DNA of 43,730 nt from an uncultured Candidatus Saccharibacteria bacterium (lineage in GTDB: Bacteria > Patescibacteriota > Saccharimonadia > QS-5-54-17). The stretch's first letter is position 1. Every line of letters begins with the position of its first letter. The position numbers and the translations under genes were made by a program. The DNA lies in the NCBI GenBank assembly GCA_964638825.1, contig CAZXAD010000001.1:1-43730 (forward strand). The letters are read 5' to 3'. The notes under the pieces were generated by a model. The model ran no database searches. It saw nothing but the letters and a program-made list of their open reading frames with translations, and was not told the origin of the DNA. Shown piece after piece: positions 28,679 to 37,283 of this stretch.

Positions 28679-29293
28679 ATGTCTGCTGGGCTATCATTTG
28701 AAACAAGGCGCGATGATAGCCGCTGTGTGCTTAATACCGAACCTATCCCTGACCTGACCGAAATACGCAACGAACAAGAAAAAGAGAAGTGCCACCGCGC
28801 CTTAGAACACTGCGAGAGTATTTATCGAGATGAAGAAGCAATCAGGCCGGAGCTTACGGGTTTTTTTGCAAACTTCATCAACCGTTCAACTATTTTTTCC
28901 CAAATAGAAAGTCAAACAGGAACGTTAGAAAGCCAAACAGGAATGCCAGACTGGGTACGGCGAGGCTGCATCATAACCCATGAAGCTTATCTTATGAATG
29001 CTGTAGACATTCCTGATGCTGCCACGTACTACCGCGCATATGAAATGATGGCTTCGGGCGACAAAATTCCAGGCGACAATATTGATGGATACATAAAAGA
29101 ATTTTGGCGAAACAATGAACTTTTAGCTGACACTATCTATACGTATGCTGAAAGGTATGTCCATTCTGCCGATCAAGTAAACACTTGCTTGCATGTCTTA
29201 TGCGGCGCGGCAATGACTGAATTGGCATGGCAGCATACCCAAACGGACAGACAAGTAGAGATCTCCCCCGACCCCGTTTGGATTAATAAGTAA
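28679..29293 (+). CDS. Hypothetical protein (204 aa)
   Basis: ATG-started ORF; internal short repeat ESQTGTLESQTGM; no family recognised. Confidence 0.5.
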   Translation: MSAGLSFETRRDDSRCVLNTEPIPDLTEIRNEQEKEKCHRALEHCESIYRDEEAIRPELTGFFANFINRSTIFSQIESQTGTLESQTGMPDWVRRGCIITHEAYLMNAVDIPDAATYYRAYEMMASGDKIPGDNIDGYIKEFWRNNELLADTIYTYAERYVHSADQVNTCLHVLCGAAMTELAWQHTQTDRQVEISPDPVWINK

Positions 29294-29362
29294 ATATACG
29301 ATTTTAACTGAGAGTTATCATATTTCTATCTTGAGAACTTTTATGAGAGAGACACGCTACAA

Positions 29363-29875
29363 CTACTGTTGCAAGCCCTGTGGAAACTGCTGAGTCGGTT
29401 CAGGTTCAGGTAAACTGTTTACGTAAAAGTAAAATACAACGATTGCCACCAATGAAAGCAGGAAGCTGAACATCAATGCTTTGCCGAGTCTGCGGAGTCC
29501 GTGCCGTTGATAGTAGGAAACTACCGGTACTACTACGAGTCCTACTAATCCAACGAGAAATGCCAAATCACTCAGCGCTATCCAGTACGATATCAAGTTC
29601 TGGGAAGATGAAGTGAATATTTCATTAGTCAATGTAAACTGCATATAATACTTGCCCGCACCCAGCAACCCGGCTACTACGGCTACGTAGAATCCGAAAA
29701 AGAGCGGAGTAGAATCAGCAAGATACTGATCGAACCGGACTCTTTCCTTCACCTTAGTATCTTGAGCAGCTTTTTTCGTACTTGCTTGCTGACCCTTTTT
29801 TGTGTTCGAGCCAGTACTTTTTCTCTGTGTACTCTGTGTAGTTTTCTTTTGTGAGGTCTTTTTTTGTTCCGCCAT
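29363..29875 (-). CDS. Hypothetical membrane protein with basic Lys/Thr/Ser/Gln-rich N-terminus
   Basis: ATG start; N-terminal low-complexity segment followed by about 4 TM helices. Confidence 0.6.
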   Translation of the reverse strand: MAEQKKTSQKKTTQSTQRKSTGSNTKKGQQASTKKAAQDTKVKERVRFDQYLADSTPLFFGFYVAVVAGLLGAGKYYMQFTLTNEIFTSSSQNLISYWIALSDLAFLVGLVGLVVVPVVSYYQRHGLRRLGKALMFSFLLSLVAIVVFYFYVNSLPEPEPTQQFPQGLQQ

Positions 29876-29984
29876 TATGAAGTTTTCTCCTTGTATCTTA
29901 TTTATTTACAATTATGGCTTTACTGTACGCTATTTTGATTCTGAGGTAAAGGAGGGTTAGATTACTCATGGCGCATAAACGGAT

Positions 29985-30707
29985 TTATCTATGTTCGGGA
30001 TTTTCAAAATCAAACCGGCAGCCCGCTTCCCATTCAGTGCGTTGGTTACCATGAGATGATATACCGTCGTTAGCTTTAAACATTGCGGCCAAATGCAGCA
30101 GATTCCACGTCATAAACGTGGTGTTGCGGTTCGTAAAATCGTTATCCAACCCCGCGCCGTTCTCGCCGTAACTAGGGCCGGGCCCTGCTTCACCGATCCA
30201 TCCGGCATCCGCCTGCGGAGGGATGGTATACCCGATATGCTGCAAGCTATATATGACGTTCATAGCACAATGCTTAACGCCATCTTCATTGCCGGTAAAT
30301 AAGCAGCCGCCCACCTTGCCGTAGTAGGCATACTGCCCTTTCTCATTCAAAAGACTGGAACACGCGTACAGGCGTTCGATAATCTTTTTCATTTGGGAAC
30401 TATTATCCCCAAGCCAAATCGGCCCGCCGAGCACCAGGATGTCAGCGTCCATCACTTGTTTATACATCTCAGGCCACTCATCAGCTTCCCATCCGTGTTC
30501 ACGCATATCCGGCCATATACCAGTGGCAATATCGTGGTCAACCGGCCGTATGATTTCCGTTGTCACTCCTTGTTTATCCATGATGTTTCGGCTCGCTTTG
30601 ATAAGTAATTCGGTGTGGCTTTCCTCGGGCGACCTTTTCAGCGTGCAGTTAAAAAATAATGCGTTCAGATTATGAAATGTCCGGCTCGAATTTTCCTGCT
30701 TCGGCAT
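29985..30707 (-). CDS. Flavodoxin-like fold NAD(P)H-dependent FMN reductase/quinone reductase family protein
   Basis: LFFNCTLKRSPEESHT...ADILVLGGPIWLGDNSS pattern. The track start at 30737 is TTG. The ATG at 30707, preceded by AGGAAAG, is preferred. Confidence 0.75.
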   Translation of the reverse strand: MPKQENSSRTFHNLNALFFNCTLKRSPEESHTELLIKASRNIMDKQGVTTEIIRPVDHDIATGIWPDMREHGWEADEWPEMYKQVMDADILVLGGPIWLGDNSSQMKKIIERLYACSSLLNEKGQYAYYGKVGGCLFTGNEDGVKHCAMNVIYSLQHIGYTIPPQADAGWIGEAGPGPSYGENGAGLDNDFTNRNTTFMTWNLLHLAAMFKANDGISSHGNQRTEWEAGCRFDFENPEHR

Positions 30708-30757
30708 GGCTTCTTTCCTGGTTAATTCTACAACCAACTATACCTTGTAAACGCTCT

Positions 30758-31627
30758 CTAATCACCCGGCTCTTCAACAATCCTATCAATTGCCTGGTGC
30801 CCTTCACGTACGATCAATGTAGCCGCCTGCACCGCTGCCGCGCCGGCCTGGAAATACAAGTCCGCATCTTTTTTGCTCTCGATACCACCAACCCCTATTA
30901 CGGCTATATCTTCCGGCAATCGTTGCCTGAATTGACGTACTTGCCCCAAGCCAATAGGGAGCATCGCGCGGCCGCTGACTCCGCCGAGTCCGGCAGCCAG
31001 TACCGGTTGTCCGTTTTCCATCATAAATCCGTTAGGAAATGTGTTAGCGGTTACGACTCCCGCTGCCTGATTCGATTCGGCAATCATATCCGCAACTCGT
31101 TTTAATTCATCAGGGTTGGAATACGGGGACAACTTCACATTTAAAGGAATGCTGGTCGTTTCATAGACCGCCGCTACAATACTTTGCATAGTTTCAATGT
31201 CGAAACTGACAATAGGTTTTTGTTTCCCATCTTCAGAAATATTAGGGCATCCGAAATTCAGTTCTAAAATATCCACTTCCGCCTCATCGGCCATCCGGGC
31301 AAGTTCCACGTACTCATCCTGGTTAAAACCGGCAAGATTAGCTACGAATAATTTGCCTGATTCATGAGCGCGGGCGACCATGCCCGGCAAATGTTTTTGA
31401 TAGTATTCTCTGCCCCCATTCGGCATACCAAATGAATTCAACCCGTAGTCATCACCTTCATGCCATCGTGGTTCCGGATTGCCGTCGCGGGATTCAACCG
31501 TGATGGACCCTCCGACTACCGCACCGATTTTAGTCGCACAAAGCGTCTCCACATCTTCTAGTGTTTTGGCTTCACTGCATGCCGCGTTCATGACTGGCGG
31601 GTTTACCGCTTCAATATTTGTCCTCAT
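30758..31627 (-). CDS. Class 1 dihydroorotate dehydrogenase-like FMN TIM-barrel protein
   Basis: LELNFGCPN (class-1 catalytic Cys context), VKLSPY, TANTFPNG, GGVSG, IGVGGI. The true substrate cannot be told from sequence. Confidence 0.75.
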   Translation of the reverse strand: MRTNIEAVNPPVMNAACSEAKTLEDVETLCATKIGAVVGGSITVESRDGNPEPRWHEGDDYGLNSFGMPNGGREYYQKHLPGMVARAHESGKLFVANLAGFNQDEYVELARMADEAEVDILELNFGCPNISEDGKQKPIVSFDIETMQSIVAAVYETTSIPLNVKLSPYSNPDELKRVADMIAESNQAAGVVTANTFPNGFMMENGQPVLAAGLGGVSGRAMLPIGLGQVRQFRQRLPEDIAVIGVGGIESKKDADLYFQAGAAAVQAATLIVREGHQAIDRIVEEPGD

Positions 31628-31703
31628 AGTTACATTTAATAATAGCAGTTAGACCATGTAGAGCAAGAGTTTCTGAAATGAGTTCATTGCTATTAAGTAT
31701 TTA

Positions 31704-32624
31704 TTAATTCCGTGTGTTCATATTTATCGTCTCTGAAGCGATTTCGATATCATCACGAGATTCAATCGCCTCAAGAAGCTTTTCGGTGATTTGATTGTGG
31801 ATGAGTCTCCGGTCGCGGATTTCAACCACGAAGCGAATATGGAGTTCTATCCAGTTATCAGTCATTGTTATATATACCGCCGGTTCAGTATTACGCTTGG
31901 AGAGATAGTACCGCTCGCCGATTTTCTGTATACCCTCTTCAGCGGACTGGGTGGCTTCAGCCGTTTCCCGGGAAACGATTTCAGTAATGACTTCCTGGGC
32001 TTTACGCCAATCGCTTTCGTAGGTGATGGGTATGCTTATCTCATCCCACAAGAAATTGTGGTCTTTCGAGTAGTTGTGAATGGCTTTAGATATGACGTAG
32101 CCGTTCGGGATAGTATTGATTCTTCCCGTGGCTTGATCTCCATCAACCCAACCCTGGATTTCAAGTAACGTAGTATAGAGCATGCCGACATCCATGACAT
32201 CGCCCTTGATGCTATCAACTTCAATGCGATCGCCCACACGATACATACGGCTCGTGAGCAACATAATGCCGCCGACGAAGTTTTTGAAAAAGTCCTGTAA
32301 AGAAACAGCTATGCCTGCTGCGACAAGACCGTACGCAACCATTATGGCTTGTGGATTTTCTACGACTGCCCGAAGGGTTATGAGTACCACAATCACCCAA
32401 AAAACAAGGGAGATGGTTTTACGCAATTGGTATCGACTACGTTCATCTTCGCTGCGTTTTAGCGCTCCATACTCGATTACTACACGAGTTACATAGATGG
32501 CCGTGATAGTAGACAGCGTTAGCGTCCATTTCGTAAGGTCAGTATTGACCAGTAGGCTATCAAGTAGCCCTGCAACGGCAGTTAGTGAGAAAAATAATAA
32601 GAACAGCGGTATTCTTTGTTTCAT
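31704..32624 (-). CDS. Mechanosensitive ion channel (MscS family)
   Basis: TM helices followed by MYRVGDRIEVDSIKGDVMDVGMLYTTLLE...IPNGYV, the MscS beta-domain signature. Confidence 0.85.
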   Translation of the reverse strand: MKQRIPLFLLFFSLTAVAGLLDSLLVNTDLTKWTLTLSTITAIYVTRVVIEYGALKRSEDERSRYQLRKTISLVFWVIVVLITLRAVVENPQAIMVAYGLVAAGIAVSLQDFFKNFVGGIMLLTSRMYRVGDRIEVDSIKGDVMDVGMLYTTLLEIQGWVDGDQATGRINTIPNGYVISKAIHNYSKDHNFLWDEISIPITYESDWRKAQEVITEIVSRETAEATQSAEEGIQKIGERYYLSKRNTEPAVYITMTDNWIELHIRFVVEIRDRRLIHNQITEKLLEAIESRDDIEIASETINMNTRN

Positions 32625-32735
32625 TTGCGCTTTAGTATATCAACGAAACGCTGATGGTTAAAACGAACCACATAGGCGAAACTATTGAATCAATAAAATA
32701 AACACCAGGGAATCAAACTTGATCAATGAGCCAAT

Positions 32736-33341
32736 TTAAGAATTAAAACCGATTGGTTTGTTTGTTGCTTTATTACTACGATTTAATTCACTGATTAATA
32801 AAAGACCGGGAATGGTTATAAGCGCTAGCTGATTATCTTCATATATTCTTGTTTGCTCGTCAATTATACCCACCAGTTGTCGTACCTGGACATATCTTTC
32901 CTGTTTTGAGCCTTTGGTCCGAATCACTTTCTTACCATCCACCACATCTGGCCCGAATTGCTCCGCTATAGTAATCGAATGTTTGGTTTTTGCTTCAGCT
33001 GTTAATAACTCTATAACATCCCCGTCTTCTTCCAGTGCTTTAAGCTCTTCCAGGGCCGTGTGCATTACCGACTTGAGTTCAGCAATTTTTGTCTCGTTCG
33101 TAATAGATATGGGGTCATGCGATTCCCGGGCTACATTTTCCCAATTTACATGCGGCATATATTTGTCAGCATATTCAGATGGTAAGTCGTAAAACTTGTC
33201 CCGTTCATCAGGAGGTGTCATAGAGAATTCAGAAATGGATTCACTGTATTCAGACAAAAGCTCCTCTATCACCTGTTCAGCATTATGGATTTCAGGAGTA
33301 TTCCCTTCAGGGCCGTATTCATTCATATTACTTTTATACAA
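32736..33341 (-). CDS. Hypothetical acidic protein (start uncertain: TTG 33341 or ATG 33326)
   Basis: ORF only; no family recognised and no clear RBS at either start. Confidence 0.45.
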   Translation of the reverse strand: MYKSNMNEYGPEGNTPEIHNAEQVIEELLSEYSESISEFSMTPPDERDKFYDLPSEYADKYMPHVNWENVARESHDPISITNETKIAELKSVMHTALEELKALEEDGDVIELLTAEAKTKHSITIAEQFGPDVVDGKKVIRTKGSKQERYVQVRQLVGIIDEQTRIYEDNQLALITIPGLLLISELNRSNKATNKPIGFNS

Positions 33342-33482
33342 TATAATTCAAGTTATATCAACGTGGTGTAAACAGTTAGATGAGGTACTGAACAACCTCT
33401 AATCCGTTGCTCTCAATAGTAACGGATTTGGGCTTTGGTTTAGTGTTACTCTCTGCGCATTAATTTTTATATAATATACATA

Positions 33483-33932
33483 ATGGCCAAGAAACCGGAA
33501 AACCAAGAGCAGGATGAGTGGTCACTGGAACCGAAAGAAGAACTATTGTCTTGCATTAATGATTTAGCAAATCGTTTAAAAGAAGAAACTGAGATTGAGG
33601 AAGTCGAAGAGATTGTTGCGCATAATAAATTTATGGCAGCTATGTATAATCTAGTAGCTAAACGTGTTGAAAATATAACCGAAGGAAATGGATATATTCA
33701 CCCCGAAGGATACGCCCATGCGATAGAAACGGTTATCGATGATTGCCGGGAGCATGGAAAAAACACGTATACACAAATAGATACACCAGAAGAAGTAACT
33801 TACCAAGGAGATGAAAAATATGGAAGTTTTCGATCCCATAGTATTCAGCTGGCACATAACTTATTTGGTAATGAATTCGGAACGCAGGTAGCAACTGCCT
33901 TTCAGTTGTTATTAGAAGAAAAAAATCAATAG
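33483..33932 (+). CDS. Hypothetical acidic protein (149 aa)
   Basis: ATG-started ORF divergent from the previous gene; no family recognised. Confidence 0.5.
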   Translation: MAKKPENQEQDEWSLEPKEELLSCINDLANRLKEETEIEEVEEIVAHNKFMAAMYNLVAKRVENITEGNGYIHPEGYAHAIETVIDDCREHGKNTYTQIDTPEEVTYQGDEKYGSFRSHSIQLAHNLFGNEFGTQVATAFQLLLEEKNQ

Positions 33933-34077
33933 CAGCACGCAAGATGCCGACGACTAATCAACGAACAGTTTAAATCCGCCATATAAAGCTGTTTTGGGTT
34001 CTGCAGGATTCCGGCTTGTATTCGTTACTCTAGTAGTAGAAAGGCAAGTATGGAACTTGGTAATATATTACCCTGGT

Positions 34078-34506
34078 CTATTTCTTTGATTTTTGGTCGC
34101 TGCGTTGATGCGTGTATGGGAAAAATAGTACTACTAAACTCAATATAGGATATAGACCCATTCCTATTGATGCGAATGTGCCCGATCCACCTAGCATAAA
34201 AACGACTGTCAAATACGAAACTAATGCTATACACAAAAATACTTTACTAATCACAAACAGACTGTAAGGAAATGGCGGACGGTGCGCCAGTCCGTACAAA
34301 GCATGCGACGCAATTTCGAAGAATAACGGTATCGACAAATGTAATATCAAGTATGGTAAAGAAAAAAGCGCGAAAAGCACGGACAATAAAGAAAAAGAAA
34401 CAGAGCTCTCAAAGCCGAGCTGGTTATATATAAGAATAACCCCGAGCAATAGTGCCGCGTGGTTGATTATAAATATATTTCGTTGCACTTTTTGCTTATG
34501 AAGCAT
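34078..34506 (-). CDS. Hypothetical membrane protein (142 aa, about 4 TM)
   Basis: ATG start; strongly hydrophobic throughout. Confidence 0.55.
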   Translation of the reverse strand: MLHKQKVQRNIFIINHAALLLGVILIYNQLGFESSVSFSLLSVLFALFSLPYLILHLSIPLFFEIASHALYGLAHRPPFPYSLFVISKVFLCIALVSYLTVVFMLGGSGTFASIGMGLYPILSLVVLFFPYTHQRSDQKSKK

Positions 34507-34641
34507 GTAAACATTCTATGGTAAATAAATACCCTCGTCTATGATTTATCAATCCTACCTGTTTAAGCTAAAAATGTCCGTCCTTTATACAGGTTAAGAA
34601 TTTGGCAGTTCCTCACCTATGCGCGTGCTACACTGTTATTC

Positions 34642-35085
34642 ATGAGTAAAATAGCAACAGTTCGGGGTGTCATAGAGAGTCAGGGAAAGTTTTTGTTAGT
34701 TAGGCAAAAGTTCGATTCAACGTTTTGGTGCTTGCCTGGCGGCGGCGTTGAAACCGGCGAAGATTTGTTTACCGCCCTAAAACGCGAAATGGTCGAGGAA
34801 ACCAATATCGAACCGGTTATTGGCAACTTATTATTCATCCAGCAAGTAAGGGTTGAGGGCGCCTACCATTTTCCTGAACTCCACTTCCACATTACTAATC
34901 CGCAAGATTACTTAAGTCACGATACCGCAAATAGTACTCACGGCGAAAAGGAAATAGAAGATATAGACTGGGTAGACCCCACCCAGGTAACTATCAAGCC
35001 AAAATTTCTCGCGGAAAGATTACCAGCAGTCGCACAACAAAACTTTGATATAAAAACAGAGATTTATCTTACAGAAGCTACGTAA
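34642..35085 (+). CDS. NUDIX hydrolase
   Basis: Intact Nudix box: LPGGGVETGEDLFTALKREMVEETNI. Confidence 0.85.
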   Translation: MSKIATVRGVIESQGKFLLVRQKFDSTFWCLPGGGVETGEDLFTALKREMVEETNIEPVIGNLLFIQQVRVEGAYHFPELHFHITNPQDYLSHDTANSTHGEKEIEDIDWVDPTQVTIKPKFLAERLPAVAQQNFDIKTEIYLTEAT

Positions 35086-35089
35086 ACCC

Positions 35090-35629
35090 ATGTCTGGTGC
35101 AGAAAAATACAGTTTCACTAACCATCTTCCCGAAAATATACCGGTTTCGGATACCGAATTGGTTTTAAGGCTTTTTGAGCCCGATGATGCCGAAACATTA
35201 CTGGAAATTGCCACGGAAGAGAACACCGCAAAGTATGTACCCTGGTCTAAGGCTATTAAGGACGTGGAAACTTCACAACAAATGATCGGTAGGTTTCATA
35301 ATCAGTGGCAACAAGGCCTATTCGCGCGTTACCTGGTCACGCGGCACGATGAAGCGTGCGGATATTTTGGTATCTGGCCTGCTGACGTGCCCGATATGTA
35401 CGAGATAGGGTTCGCTGTTTTACCTCGGCACCGCGGCAAGGGAATAGCCAAACAAGTTCTGGATACGGCAGAAGAGGTAGCGATGACAAACCTTGAAGCT
35501 GCCGGATTGGTCGCTCATATAGATGAGCCTAATGAAGCGAGCCAGCACACAATAGCAAAGCAAGGTTTTCACCCTACTGATAAGTTTAATGAGGAAGGCG
35601 AAAGACGATACGAAAAGCAGCTGCGCTAG
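35090..35629 (+). CDS. GNAT family N-acetyltransferase (RimJ/RimL-like)
   Basis: LRLFEPDDAE...; acetyl-CoA motif A-like LPRHRGKGIAKQVL; 4 nt downstream of the Nudix gene. Confidence 0.8.
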   Translation: MSGAEKYSFTNHLPENIPVSDTELVLRLFEPDDAETLLEIATEENTAKYVPWSKAIKDVETSQQMIGRFHNQWQQGLFARYLVTRHDEACGYFGIWPADVPDMYEIGFAVLPRHRGKGIAKQVLDTAEEVAMTNLEAAGLVAHIDEPNEASQHTIAKQGFHPTDKFNEEGERRYEKQLR

Positions 35630-35647
35630 CTGGTAATAAATAGTGAA

Positions 35648-36961
35648 TCAACTCTGGTATTTATAACCCCAAGGGTTCATGGCTCTTTTGAGCACACTTT
35701 TTAGTGACGGAGAGTCGTCCAGAACCTTTTTCCCGAGTTCAGGATTTGTTTTTTCAAGATCAGAAAGTAATTTAGCCGTGACTTTCACTTGCCCTCGCCG
35801 CTGTTTTTCAGGATCGTGCACGAGACCCCACTCCAGCTGTTCAACTAGTTCAAGAGCAAAAGCTTGCTTAGCTAAATCCATACCGTCACCATTCATATCA
35901 TGCTGTGATTCGGCGATTTCCAGCCATTTCTTAACCGTTTCAAGTTCTTGAGGATATTTTCTGTCATCAAGCGGTGTTTTCCAATAAGCCAGTTGCCCTA
36001 AAGATCCATCGTAGCCGAATTCTTCTCGAGGCATGAAATAGAACGTGAAGGCAGACTTGGCGAACAGGTAACTCTGATATAACGACCGCTCACTTTCGGG
36101 TATATCGGTAATAGTGGTAGCATTTTCCAGGATTTGCAGCACTCTCTCCATCCTTCCTCGCTGCTCATTATCATCAGAGTCTTGATATGAAGGACCGGGG
36201 TAATATTCCGGCCTGTTCAAGATAAAAAGTCCTTCAGATGCCTGAGAGACCGCTTCTTCAAGATCCGCACCTATATGTATACCCATGTTCGGGTTACGGG
36301 GGCCGACTAGATCTTCTATATTCACCCCTGAAGCATTTAAGTCCGCGCCTGACTCATGCAAAGCACGTACAGCATATTTCAAGATTTCACGTGAGTGAAT
36401 AATCGCACTGCTTTGCAGAACATCTTCTGCCTTGGATTCTTCTACCCCGAGCCTATTGGTAAAATACGCTTTCAGTCTGGCCCTTTCATGGATATTGTTA
36501 AACACCCTTCCCGGGTTGTTTCTTTCTATTGTTTTGAATGCTATCAAAGATTGCAACGAAGCCGGCAATTCTGTGAAAGTAGATAAGTCAGAAAGTTTTT
36601 CGCCGCCCTGTCTCCCAAACACATGGTCCATATCAGTCCTGAACTCCTCAGCGCCCTCCAAGAAAGCACTTTCTATTCTCCTCTTGTCAAAGTTATCAAT
36701 ATTGAGGTCAAAAATACTACAAAAGTTTTCAATTTTCATGGCCGGAAATCTTGTATATCCGAGTCCTAAATCCTTAGTAGGTTCTATACTGAATGTCCCC
36801 AGCGCACCACGTATCTGGTACCTAAGCCCGGGTTCCTCAATGAGCCGGTCCGCGATAGACTCTCTAAAATCTGGTGCTACTTCCGGCACAGCTAATGTGC
36901 TATCTAATGATATTGTGTCTATTTCTAATTGATCGTAATCGCTCTTGGGTGTTTCACTCAT
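35648..36961 (-). CDS. Hypothetical protein (437 aa), orphan
   Basis: Long ATG-started ORF with normal composition and no motif recognised. It lies directly downstream of the terminator that closes the GC-rich operon. Confidence 0.6.
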   Translation of the reverse strand: MSETPKSDYDQLEIDTISLDSTLAVPEVAPDFRESIADRLIEEPGLRYQIRGALGTFSIEPTKDLGLGYTRFPAMKIENFCSIFDLNIDNFDKRRIESAFLEGAEEFRTDMDHVFGRQGGEKLSDLSTFTELPASLQSLIAFKTIERNNPGRVFNNIHERARLKAYFTNRLGVEESKAEDVLQSSAIIHSREILKYAVRALHESGADLNASGVNIEDLVGPRNPNMGIHIGADLEEAVSQASEGLFILNRPEYYPGPSYQDSDDNEQRGRMERVLQILENATTITDIPESERSLYQSYLFAKSAFTFYFMPREEFGYDGSLGQLAYWKTPLDDRKYPQELETVKKWLEIAESQHDMNGDGMDLAKQAFALELVEQLEWGLVHDPEKQRRGQVKVTAKLLSDLEKTNPELGKKVLDDSPSLKSVLKRAMNPWGYKYQS

Positions 36962-37220
36962 TCTATGATTCTACTTCCCGCGAATAGCCGTCGCAAGCAA
37001 AAGCTTTATAACCAAACCAGCCTACTCTTCGGGTTTTTACTTGGTAACAAACATCCGGCTACGCTCATACTTATAAAAGCAGGGTAGTGCAAATTAAAAC
37101 CACCCTTTATAATACCTTGTTTTGGTAGCAGCTCTTGAATGCGGTCTTTTTGCTCGATATATCCGGTTCTTAATTAATAAAGCCAGGGTATTCACTCCAC
37201 TATTTACAGAAGCGGCCACT

Positions 37221-37274
37221 AGAAAAAAGAAACGGCCCGCACCATTACCTCTTTACAGAGGAACAATGCGGGCC
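37221..37274 (-). terminator. Rho-independent terminator closing the GC-rich operon
   Basis: The minus strand has GGCCCGCA ... TGCGGGCC (8-bp GC stem with an inner CCTCT/AGAGG helix) followed by GTTTCTTTTTTC. It starts 10 nt after the purA-like stop. Confidence 0.8.
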
Positions 37275-37283
37275 AGGGCTGAC

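Noticed and set aside
37122-37129. ttggtagc 8-mer identical to the tRNA-fMet 3' end (41983-41990), considered as the far att site of a 4.8-kb island
   Set aside because: An 8-mer is expected about once by chance in a window this size, and the similarity beyond it is poor. It is mentioned only as a place to look with proper alignment.
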